Source of the DNA: Microthyrium microscopicum | Lineage: Eukaryota | Direction of reading: 5' to 3' | Assembly: GCA_010405405.1 (NCBI GenBank) | Contig: MU004230.1 | Span: forward strand, 2,948,627-3,012,626 | DNA: 64,000 nt | Program-made: the position numbers and the translations under genes | Notes under the pieces: model-generated | Told to the model about the DNA's origin: nothing | The model's input: only the letters and a program-made list of their open reading frames with translations | Database searches by the model: none | Part shown: positions 37,482 to 49,205 of the stretch, piece by piece | Layout: each line of letters begins with the position of its first letter | How positions within the stretch are numbered: the first letter of the stretch is position 1

Positions 37482-40139
37482 AAAAAAATATATAATTAAT
37501 AAACTACTAATATTCTATATTCTAAAGAAATATTTATTTACATTATATTAGAAGTTTTTTAAGCTACTAAGTTAACTTTACTAATACTAACCTATTATTA
37601 ATACTATATTTAAGTTATAATAAAAGTTTCGTTATATCTATAAAATAATTCTTCTTAGGCTTAATTATTACTTACTACTAATATTATTTATATATACTCT
37701 TTTTCTTAAATAACTAGGAGCTTAAATTTAGACTAAGCTATTTATACTAATACGTTCTTAGAGTAATCTCTTAGTAAATAAATATTTAAGATATAAGAGA
37801 AGAATCTATAAGATAAAAAGATAGCTTAAGAAGTTATAGAAGAAATTATTATATTTCTATCTTATTAGTCTAACTATATAAAAGAAACTTATAGTAATAA
37901 GTTAAAGACTTATAGCTAATAAGAGTAGTATAAATTTATAATATAGCTTATAAATTAAAGGTCTTAGCTTTTAAAATAGAACTAGTATCTTTAATTAAAG
38001 CTAATAATAAATAATTAGAAAATATAACTATTTATATTAAAGCCTAACTACTTATTATATTAGGATTATAAAGTTAAAAATAGTAAGTTAGATTTATATA
38101 AGTTAGAATAAATAGTTTTATTTTAGTATTTTAATACTTTAAATAGTACTATATCTATAATCTTATTTTCTAATTAATATTTAATTATACTTTATTAAGA
38201 AAATATTATTTTCTAAAACTTTAACTAGAGCTAATATTAATTAATAAGTATTTTTATTTTATCTAAATTAAGTATTAGTTATAATAAATTAACTTATATT
38301 TATTAAAGGAACTAGAAAGAATTTTACGCTTAAAGCTAAATATAAGTAAATCTTTATTACTAATTTCTTAAACTTTACTAGTATCTTTTATATTAACTTC
38401 TAAGCTTTTTTCTAAAGCTTTAAGGTAAATAAACTATTAATCTTTTAAACTTCTTAATCTTCTATTTTTTAAATTGCCTTATTAAATAGTATTTTTTCTT
38501 AAAAGTTAAGGTATTAAGTTATTAAATTTATAATTACTCCTTACTCTATTTTAGTAAAAATAAGACTAATACTAGGAGAGTAACTACTATATTTATAATA
38601 AGTTTAGAAATTTATTAGTATTAATTTTAGTATTAGTTTTATTATATTTTATAATTACTTTATAGAATAATTTTAGAAGTTTCTTCTAAGTATAAGTTAA
38701 TAGCTAATATCTATAGTTAAAGTCTACTAATTCTTAATTCTTTTCTTAATTCTTTATAGTACGTAATTTAGTAAAGTCTAGAAAGTGTTTCTTATATAGT
38801 ATTAGTTAAATTTATATATACTAAGTATAAAAAACTTATATTAAGAGTTTTTATAAGAATAAGAATCTAAAGATAGTAATAGTCCTTAATAAAGCTAGTT
38901 TCCTTATTAGCTAAATCTTTAATAGCATAATTAATAAAGAAAACGTTATAAATAGCTTTTTACTATCTATAGATAAAGTTAACTTAAGAGAAGAATAAAA
39001 TTTATAAATTATACTCTTAGTAACTATACTTATAAAAGAGTTAATAAAATTTTAAATTAAAGGTAATTTAAGAAGCCTCCTTAGAAATAATATAGCTAAT
39101 AGTAATATTATAATTATAAGTAATATCTTTATTAGTATTAATATATATATTATACTACTTAGACTTCTTATATTTTATTTTTATTAATTCTTAATAGTAA
39201 GCTAATAAAGTAATAGTAGTAAAATATAGTCTAGTTTAATAAGTAGTATACTTAGGTTTCTAGCTAAGTAATTCTATAAATTTGCTAGTATTAATACTAA
39301 AAGAAATTAATAAAAAAAATCTAATAGTAAAAAAATATATACTACTTTTATTTAAAGAGTTTTATATAAGTAATAAGAATAGTAATATATTAGTTTTTAA
39401 AAGCTTCTTAGTATTCTATAGTCTTACGCTTTTTATTATTTTTATAATTAATATAAGTATTATTATTCTTCTTAAGGTAATTATATTCTATAGTATAGCT
39501 ATTAAGATTAGTATAATAAGCATAATTCTTAATTATATAAGGATTTTAAAATAATTAATTTATAAGCTTCTTAGTACCTATATTAAGAGAATAAAGTTTT
39601 AAAGAGTTAAATAAGTATTAATTAGGCTAAGAAACTAAAACTAAGACTAATAAAGAAAATATAAGAATTATTATTACTAATTAAAAGAAAGTATATAAAA
39701 GAAATTAAAGTATATAAGTAATATAAAGTAGTATATATATATAGTCTCTTAGGTAATACTCTTTAGAATATATTAATTTTAGTACTAGATTATAATACTT
39801 TTATTATTTTAGGTTAGCTCTATTATTACTTATTCTTCTTTACTACTTTACTCTTTTTAATTAGTTAAGCTTTTAAAGTTTTAAATTATACTAGTTTAAT
39901 ACTTTAAATATTTTCTCTCTATAAAGGAATATTAAGAAATAGTTTTTAATAAGTAATAAGCTTACCTCTTATGTCTTTAAAAAATTTATCTATTTCTTTT
40001 TCTTTAATTCTTTCTACTTTTTTAAGATTTTTAAGTCTTTCTTACCCTTACTATTTAGACCTTTACTACTTTAAAGAGCTTTATTACTACTATAGTATAC
40101 CTAAATAATCTTAATTCTCTTCTCTCTATACTTCTTTAG

Positions 40140-40450
40140 ACTCTAATAAACTTTATAATACTCTAAACCTTTTTATATAACCTTTATAAACTACTCTAGC
40201 CTAGTAATAATTTTTATAGCCTTTAAACTTCTTTATAAATCTTTTATAAACTACTTTAACTTAATAGTAACTTTTATAGCTTTTAAACCTCTTTATACTA
40301 CTTTTATAAATTACTTTAACCTAGCTATAATTTTTATAAACTTCTATATATTAATAGTAACCTTAATAAACTACTTTATATTAATAACTAACTTCTTAAT
40401 ACTAATAAAACCTAGCTATAACTTATAGAAACTATTATAAAAAAGCTTTA
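40140..40450. repeat. Degenerate 30/60-bp tandem repeat inside the hAT element
   Basis: ttttataaactact.taac units recur in register on consecutive 60-nt lines. Confidence 0.7.
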
Positions 40451-42614
40451 ACTTATAAAAACTATTATAACTAGTAAAATACTTATTATTATATATTTTA
40501 ATATACTAAACCTAGTAATAAGTTTTATATACTCTATTTTTTTTATAAATATTAACTATAATACTAGTAAAAGCTTTATATAAAATTTACTAAATTTAGA
40601 AAGCTTATAATCTTTTAATTCTTAAAATACTATTTATAAAATTAGTTTATAAAATTTATATTACGTTCTAAGAAACTTCTAGTAATAGTAGTAGTTTAAT
40701 AAATTTAGATATATATTAGTAAAGTAATATAATTTAATATCTATAAGAATTAGTAAAAGCTTATCTTATTATATACTTTAAAAATAAGTTATACCTCTAT
40801 TTTCTAGATTATAAGTTATTAATTTTTATAAACGCTAACCTTTATATAATTTATATAAAGAGAATAATAATTTAATAAAAGGATATAAACTTAGTAAAAG
40901 CTTTATATACTAGCTAAGTTATAAACTATTAAATAAGTATTTAAAATTAACTAGTAACTTTATTATAGAGAGGTAATTAGAACTAGTAAACTTTAAAAAA
41001 TAGAAAAGAAATTATAGTTATATAATTATTTATAAATAATAGAACTAATAAACTAATTCTAAATCTTAATTAATACTTTTATAACTTATTAAAAAAGTAG
41101 TAGTAAAATATAATTATTAAATACTATACTAAACTTTTTAAGTTAACCTAAATTATATAGCGTTAGTCTTTTATTTAGGTTATCTATTAATAAATACGAC
41201 CTATAAGCTAAACCTATAGAAACCTAATCTATTTAGGTTAGGTTATAATATTTCTAAAACCTAACCTACGTAGGTTATAAAAATATTTAGAGAAACCCAT
41301 ACCTAACCTAACCTAACCCATGCCCTAGCATATCAAATACGAGTGTTGGCCGAAGATCCATTGGCTATTATCATACATCAATACAACACATATTGGAGGT
41401 GACACAGGATTTCAAGTCTAGGATTTACGACAAGGGCAAAAAATGATATCATCTTACTCGTTGATGTACTACTATGGTGTGACAAAACGAGACCTAACGA
41501 CTGAAATTACCTTGCTAGTCAAGTACTTGACAGTTAGTTTTGTCTATCTCGGGTTTCGTAGCCATTCTCTAGCTAGTAAGTAGGACTTTGAGACTATATC
41601 AACATTTGGTCACTTCAAGAGCGTCAGTTATCATGCCCACATGAGACGGGAGTGCTCATTCCTGGCTTCATCAAGGTATTCATGACTTGCAACTACCAAA
41701 ATCTTGCTCGATCATGGAAGTGAGTGGTCTATTGGAACTGTCATCTGATTCCGTGTCGGAAATTGCAGATTCTCTTTGAAATTGCTGGTTGGGTAGCATT
41801 CACACTCGCCGCAGCCAAGCACAGACAAACTGGTACATCACTTTAGTTTGCCTTTGTTTTCTTGTTGAAGGTCAAACTAGAAACCCATGGCTACTTGGCC
41901 TGAATAAGGCATGTGGCTCCCATGTACTATTCATCTATCGTCGCTCATATTGTGTGAGACCCACTTTCTCCAGGAACTCCTCGCTCGTCTAGCGGAGCTA
42001 TGGTTGGCACATGTTGGGTGAAGGACTTCATATCCTGGAGTAGCAGGTTTGTAGTTCAATCAGATGTCAGCGATCCTCGGCATTACACTATTTTGGCGTG
42101 ATTACTCGCATAGATGTTGGTGACATCCGAAAGTATTGGCTTAACTTTTGTGCCTCAACATCCCCACAAACCACCGCACTAGGTTACTTGAAAATCTCTA
42201 ATGAGTGGATTCGACGATTCCCGCATTGTGTAAGAGAATTCCTGGAACAAGAGGATATTGTTGCTCCTCTTGTCTCTTTGGAGGATGGGTGTTGTGACCC
42301 TTGTAGAATATCAATCCCCAGTTAATTTATATCCCAGCGCTTTGGCCAGACCAGGCAGGTGTTCATCGACTGGGGACCTGGCTCTTTCGCAATGTAGCAG
42401 GGTTACGACTCGATCAAGACTGTTGACAGACGAGAAGAGATGAGCAATTATGGCAAATCCATTCATGACATCTGATTCTGATTGCACAGAGGCAATAGTT
42501 ATAAAGCGTTGCTGTCTGTCGGTTTGAGATTATTTCTATCATCACACCAAATTCTCCAGGAAATCCAACCACTTTTCAGCCTTATCTAATATATCACCTG
42601 TCTTTATCCTCAAA

Positions 42615-43435
42615 ATGAAGTTCTCCAACATCGCCTCAGTCGCTACTCTAGCTTTGGGAGTCTCTGGCAGTCTTTATCGCCGTGACTTGACCACTATCAA
42701 TGGCGTCCTCACCACCATTGGCACCAAGCTCAGTGCTCTCGACTCTGCTGTCAACGCCTTCAGTGGTGATATCTCAGCCCTCCAGTCCGCCAGTGACGAT
42801 GTTATCTCCACCCTCAAGTCTGGAACTTCCACCATTTCTGGAACCGACACTTTGAGCCAGACTGATGCCGTTGGTGTTGCTACCTCTGTTCAAACCCTGG
42901 AAACCTCTGTTCAAAAAGCTGTCAACGACATCATCTCCAAGAAGAGCGCCATCGTCGCTGGAGGATTCGGTGGACAGGTCTTGAAGGCACTCCAGGATCA
43001 GCAATCTGGTTCTGATGCTCTTGCCAAAGCCCTCACCTCCAAGGTCCCAACCGAGTTGCAATCAGTTGCTACCCAGCTTTCCGCTGGAATCCACACCGAC
43101 ATCCAAAAGGGTATTGATGCCTTCCAGGGTACTGGTGGCTCTGCTCCAGCCTCCAGCTCTAGCAAGGGAGGAGCTGCTCCAACCTCAACCAAGACCTCCG
43201 CTGCTACCTCCGCTGTTTCTGCGCCAACTGGCTCCGTTGCACCAATCTCATCTGGCTCATCTCCCTCAGGCACAGGTAAGCTCATCTATAGTCACAGTTA
43301 AAGTGCATGAAACTGATTCATTCTCTAGTCAGCAGCGCTCCATCTTCTCCAGCTGTCCAGACTGGTGCCGCCGCTCCAGCAAAGACTGGCTCAGCTTTCC
43401 TTGCCGTCGCCGCTGTCATGGGACTTCTCCTTTAA
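42615..43435 (+). CDS. HsbA / cell wall mannoprotein-like secreted protein, probably GPI-anchored
   Basis: Signal peptide, RRD processing site, helical domain ending LTSKVPTELQSVATQLSAGI...GIDAF, S/T/G linker; after one intron QTGAA plus hydrophobic tail FLAVAAVMGLLL. Confidence 0.85.
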
Positions 43436-44740
43436 ATCCAGGTTTCGAATGATCTGACTTTTCTGGGAACAATGAATCCCTTCATTGCATCTGGTGCGTC
43501 TGGAGCTACATATGGGTACTCCGTAACTTGTAATATTCTACACATTCAGTCGATTTCCTCGCAACCATTGTAAATAATTAGGCTTGAAAATGTACTTTTA
43601 AAAGAACTTTAGTTTCTTTGTATGCAACTACTTCCCATACTATTCCAGTTCTAGTAGCTACCTAGATCACTTCTGCTAGTAGTCAGTTCATGGCTTGTAG
43701 GCGAAAGCGACCTCTAGTGCGGCTCAAGAGAGGTTGCGGAGACCTCGTGGCAGGACTTAGACTCCGTCGATATGACGCACAAACCCGTCCGCGGACCCAT
43801 TTCAGCAATTCCTTTCCAAACCGAGGATAGTCGTTCTGTTTCTGGGGTACTGACTGGGGTTCCCACGACATGGATTGGCAGTGATTCAGGGGTACAAGTT
43901 TGAATCTTCCTGGTCAAGTAGTTCGTACAATCTAGGATAATTCAACGGCAAAGCATGGTTCGGCGCCTAGCGAAGTTACATGGACTTCAGAGCTACCTAG
44001 GCATGAGCTAGTTGTAGCTGGCTTGTAGTTGGTTCCTGTTCCCATCAGCAGACGTTTCTGATATAGGGCAGTGTCCCCATCCGCTGCGACCCGGTGTAGA
44101 ACACTAAGATCGGAGACGGTAACAACGTGGACTTTGCTAGATTATAGCACTTTGCGGGGATGGGAGTACAGCTAACGGCTCCGGGGATGAAAGTGGTAAT
44201 GGTTGGTTGTTTGTTGTCGTGACTCGACATTCTTTGCACGTCTTCACAGCGCATTGCTTCTAATCCATGCCTCTGATCTTGCTGCACAAGGCCAGGAGGG
44301 AAAATTCAATGGATTCTGAATCCTGAAGTCAAGATGACTTTCTTAATTGCATCATTGGACGGTTGACTCATGAAGCTAGAAAATAATGCCACCCCAGTGA
44401 CAGAAGTATTCAAAGTGGAGGCTCAAGTACAAATGTATGCGATCATTCACTATAGAAAACGTTAGCTATCGTTTGTTGTCTACATCGTAATAGTATGATT
44501 TGAATCCCCAGTAAGCGAAAGACCAAGTTTAGAAATATAAACCACCAAATAACTGTCCGCTGAGGGGAAGCTGTCCATGCACTCGATCCAGACTATCCAT
44601 CATATCCAAGCCTACGGCCTTAGAATCGAAAGCTTTTAAGAGTTGATTATATTCACCAGTCAAGGAAAGGGTATCAATTAGCAAAAGCACAATTACGAGC
44701 CTACGGACCACAAGAAACACAAAGCTTCTCATATACAATC

Positions 44741-46287
44741 TCACGTCCGCCCTAAATCCTTCAAAAAGCCATCCCGCTCTTTTCTCAACTCGCGCATAAT
44801 CCTAAAGCTTTCGCGCTGTGTATTCTGCAAACTCTTGACTTGTTGCCGTAACATCTCCACCTCTGAAATTCCTTGTTGTTCCTTATCGTCTTGTAGAGCT
44901 ATGAAGTCCTCCTCTTCCTCTTCGTTAGCCTTGCCATTTGTTTGGCGGGACTTTTCTTCGTTCTTCGCTTGTAAATCTAGTACGCCGGCCCAGAGTAGGT
45001 CGGCTGGAAAGCCCGGGTATGCAAGCGCTGCGCTGAATTTCGATTGCGAGCGCACTTGATCTGCCATACTGGAGAATGTGACTCTTTGTGACTCTGCTGA
45101 AATATTCGCGTCGAACTTTGGCTTGATGACTAGATGAGATACTGAAGAACATCCGATTCGTTGAAGAGGGTTGACGGGTTGGATGTTTGTTACTGCGCCA
45201 GGAAGTGTACACACGTCGCCTTCGAAGGTGCCGTTACCCACTGCCCAGCTGCCAATTTTGCCATTGGAGTAGCCCACTAGAAGACGGGTGGCGTCAAATG
45301 ATAGTGCCATGCAGTTGATGGTTGGAGCCTCGTCCTTGGAGTCCGTTGGAGCAGGCCATGCTGAGAGAGCGGAAACGTCGATTGCCGATTGGGTTGATGA
45401 GCCTTGTTCAAGTATACTGGATTTTGAGGTTTGTGAATAGAAATCAATAAGTTGAATGTTGCCGTTGTCGTAGCCGATGTAGCATGCTCGATCTGCTGGA
45501 TCCAAGACTAGAGTCCTAGGTATTTGGGGAAGGAGATACGTCTGTAAAAGCACTCCTTGTGAGATGTGCCATATCAGCATAGACCGGTCTTCTGATATAC
45601 TGATCGCGAAATTGGACGATGACTGGGAATGGCCAACTGCGAGAGCTGTGATTGGAGCTCGATGAGCAGTAAGAGTGTGCACTGGTGTCCTACTAGAAGA
45701 TGTACTGAATGCTTGATCCGATGTCTGGGAGTGCGACAGAATTGAAGCAAACGTCCATATCAATACAGTGCTGTCTAAAGATCCGGTTAGAAAATATTGT
45801 GAGCTCTTGTCCACCGCGATGCTGGTTACAGCTTGCACATGAGATTGTTGAGTTTTAACCACTCGTCCAGAATATGTCTTAAAAGTAATTAGCAATGTAA
45901 AAGGCATCAAAAGCATTTTGTCCATACCTCCCAAATGAGCACGCTGCCAGACTCTGTACCGCACACGACCCAGCTTCCTCCATCGCCACCAGTTGCGAGT
46001 GCCGTCACACGCTCGCCAAACGGTACTGTGAGTTCTTGGGCGCCTTTTTCTCGGTTGTAGACATGGATCACGGCCTTGTCAGCTTGAGCGGCAAAGACAT
46101 GATTATCGCTAAGAGCGACACAGCATGGCCGCGAGGAGGATTTTTTGAAGACTGCTGATTGGCTGAAGTGAGGACGAAGAGTGAGATGAAAAATTCCAGC
46201 GTCTTTGACTACTGGAACGCTGGCTGCTGCAATTGTTTTGGTAGCGGATTGCGATTGAATCGAGGCGAAAATCTCTTCCGTCAACAT
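44741..46287 (-). CDS. IPI3: Pre-rRNA processing WD40 protein Ipi3 (Rix1 complex)
   Basis: MLTE start, FAAQADKAVIHVYNREKG, GTESG.VLIWE, HVQAVT, WD repeats, C-terminal coiled coil; one intron. Confidence 0.85.
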
Positions 46288-46711
46288 TTTGTGTTATTTG
46301 ACAATGTTGGAGGATGTAGATGGGTGAGTTGTTGATGAAGATTTTAGCAGAGCTGGAAAAGTCAACACCAAATTTTTAGCATCACGACCTCACGTTTCTT
46401 GCTCTGGTACACTTAATAAGCAATCTCCTGTAGAAACACCTGGACATTTTCACGTATATTTAGCTGGTCAGAGAAATGTCACGAGGAAAAGAAGCAGGCT
46501 TATTCCAAAACAGGCTTCATTGATCATACTGGACAAGTCCATCAATAGAGTACAGCGGGGATTTAATATCCCAAGAACCAGCAAATAACCATACTCCCCA
46601 AACAACCGACCCTTTTTTCTTCAGTCAATGCTTTGCCGGAGCAGCAGCACTAACTTGTCCCAAACCGACTGAATATAACAATAGTATAGAAGACAACCAT
46701 ATTTCGGCCTT

Positions 46712-48389
46712 CTAGAAGCTCATTTTCTTGCCAGCGAAGTCACCGAAACCACCACGATTGGTGCCACGACCGCCGCGAGGAGCACCACGTCCTCCACCAC
46801 CACGGCCGCCAAAGCCTCCTCCACCGCGACCACCAAAGCCTCCACCGCCACGGCCACCGAAACCTCCACCACCACGACCTCTGAAGCCACCACGATCGCC
46901 ACCACCGCGACCGCCGCCGAAGCCTCCACGGCCACGGCCTCCTCCTCCTCCGCCGTTGTCCTGGCGGGGTTGGGAGAAGTCAAGTCTCATCGGACGACCA
47001 CCAATTTCGCCTCCACGAAGGCTCTCAACAGCTTCTTTGGCTTGATCCACAGATTCATATTGAACGTAAGCAAATCCCTTTGGAGTCTCATCCTCTCTAT
47101 TCGTAGGAATGGAGATACGGATGATACTTCCGAATGACTCAAATGTCTCTTTGACCATATCATAAGTGGCATCGAATGAAAGATTACCCACAAAGATGGT
47201 GTCTGAAGGAGCGCTCTCAACGTCTCCAAATCGCTTGCCTCGCGAATCACTCTTGGCGCGGAAGTCTTCTTTGGACTTGTTCGCGTTGAAAGGTTGAGTA
47301 AGATCAACATTGATCTCACGGCCATCAATCATCTGGTTATGCATAGCATCTTTAGCAGCAGCAGCTTCTTCAGCAGAAGAAAATTCAACAAAGCCAAATC
47401 TAGGAAAATGTTAGAGTAAAGACGCCATGAAAAACCAGTGAACTTACCCCTTGGACTTTCCAGTGTCCTTGTGATACATGATCTTGCAAGAAGCAATCTC
47501 ACCAAATTCTTTGAATGCCTCGTACAGTGCATCATCATCTGTACCCCAGCTGAGGCGGCCAACAAATAGAGTTGCGGATGGGGCAGACTCTGAATTCTCA
47601 TTATCATCAGTCACTTTACTCTTCTTTGCGGCGGGCTCCGCAGTGTCATCTGCCTTGCGCTTCTTTTGAGGCTCAGGCTTTGTCTCTTCATCACCATCAG
47701 AACTCGAATCATCAGAGTCTTCGTCAGCAGACTATTGAAGTTAGATAAATTGCAGTGGCGGATAGAGAGGTGCTTACCGAATCCTCTTTAGCAGCACCGT
47801 TGGCTTTGGCAGCAGGCTTTGGGGCTTCTTCATCAGATGCGGAATCGTCAGAGTCATCGGAATCTTCTTCGGAGGCATCAGAATCTGGCTGGAATTTGCT
47901 AGTTTCGACAACGTTATCGTCATCTGACTCACTATCATCTGAGTCGGACTCGGAGTCGTCATTTTTAGCAGCACCAGCTACGGCAGCAGCAGCAGCACCA
48001 TTAGCCTTGGGCTTTGGTGGGACCTCATCATCGGATGCTTCGGAGTCGTCTTCCTCGTCGCTAGATTCATCGCTCTCAGCAGCCTTATGGTTTCCGTTTA
48101 CGCCGTTTGTGCCGTTGGCCTTTGGTGCGGGAGCTTCAGCCTCGCTTTCAGATGCATCGGAGTCTTCAGAGTCGTCGCTAGGCTCGGATTCTGAGTCGGA
48201 CTCGGAGTCGTCAGAGTTGGCAGGCTTAGGGGCACCCTTCTTGGCGACTGCCTTAGCTAGGTCCTTGGATTTGGCCTTTGCGGATTGAGAAGGTTTGGCA
48301 ACACGACCATCCTTGACGCCGTTGAGAACCTTAGCAGGTGTAGCGACCACTGGAGCAGCGGCTGATTTGGAAGATTTTGATTTAGCCAT
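46712..48389 (-). CDS. NSR1: Nucleolin-like protein (acidic/Ser N-terminus, two RRMs, RGG tail)
   Basis: S/D/E tracts, RRM1 LFVGRLSW...KG/FGFVEF, RRM2 IFVGNLSF...KGFAYVQY, GAR domain ending GKKMSF; two coding introns. Confidence 0.92.
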
Positions 48390-48417
48390 GACTAGATATT
48401 GTAGCAGTAACTATAAT

Positions 48418-48708
48418 CTGAAGAGCATCATGTTAGCAAAACGTTAAGCGCTTAAGCTTGAGCTCGAACGAGCTCAGACTAGCAGGATAAAGCAGGAAGC
48501 GTAAGATATTTGTCGGAGGCAGAGGTAGAAAGCTCGTAGTTGAGTTCAAAGCACACCACGAAAGGATGCAGGCAGCAACCGCGGTAATGACCAGCGGAAC
48601 TTGCGAGGCGCGATCTCACAATCTCGAGAAAAGCAAGGGCGAGGATATGCAGAGTTTGGTGACCGATAGCGATGTTGAGGCGCAGTAATTAGATCAAGAG
48701 TAGCTTAC
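48418..48708 (-). other. Probable 5' UTR intron of NSR1 (291 nt)
   Basis: Donor GTAAGC at 48708, branch GCTAAC at ~48432-48437, acceptor CAG 28 nt upstream of the ATG. Confidence 0.7.
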
Positions 48709-49205
48709 AGTGGTCAAAGGTGCAAAGATTGCAAGTAGGTCCAGTAATGAGACTGGAGAGTGTTCAATGAAGAACTAAAGAAGAACAGCAAGAAGTTGTT
48801 CTGAAAGGTGGTGGAGGATGTAGAGGGTTGGAAAAAAGTTCTGAACTTTATTGGCGGTGAGAACTTTTGTGTGGCAACCGATTCCAAAGAAAAAAGGTTA
48901 GAGAATTTTTTTTGTGCCAAAGGCTCGGACCAGCCCAGCCCCACCTTTGGTCGCTCTTGACCTTTTCGAGGAAGGTGCGAGGTTGGTGCATTACGCTAGT
49001 GTTTAAGTAGCTAGCTTCCGAAAGTAGCGTGACATCCTTGCTCAATGCAACTCCCTCTCCAAAAACTGCATCAGCATTTGATATTCAATCTCAAGGAGGC
49101 ATAACAGAGTGCGCTCGTCGAGTCTTGAGTTAATTCATTCTTCAATGCCTTTCGCATACATGTTACTGCGCAAAACCTGCTGTATATGATTGTTTAATCA
49201 ATATC

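Larger units (their letters stand above)
26522..41332 (-). mobile_element. Large RIP-degenerated hAT-family DNA transposon hosting nested elements
   Basis: TIR TATGCTAAGGCATAGGTT (26522) / AACCCATGCCCTAGCATA (ends 41332). Flanking 8-bp TSD TTAAATAC (26514-26521) vs TCAAATAC (41333-41340). AACCT/AGGTT subterminal repeats at both ends; strong TpA excess and CpA/TpG depletion. Confidence 0.85.

Noticed and set aside
39282..39554. I/K/L/N-rich ORF, and likewise 27079-27339
   Set aside because: RIP-derived compositional artefacts within dead transposon sequence.
37500..39600. Possible SNF2-like helicase motifs in the hAT extra region (minus strand)
   Set aside because: The matches need too many assumed back-mutations and I could not hold a consistent frame; left as undecoded.
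41200..41325. CCTAA repeats resembling telomere sequence
   Set aside because: The unit is AACCT rather than CCCTAA and is mirrored at the left end; these are hAT subterminal repeats.
26522..41332. Starship-type giant element
   Set aside because: No tyrosine recombinase captain detected; the TIRs, 8-bp TSD and DDE motifs indicate hAT.
46728..47045. PPRPPK repeat ORF on the plus strand
   Set aside because: Antisense shadow of the NSR1 RGG domain.
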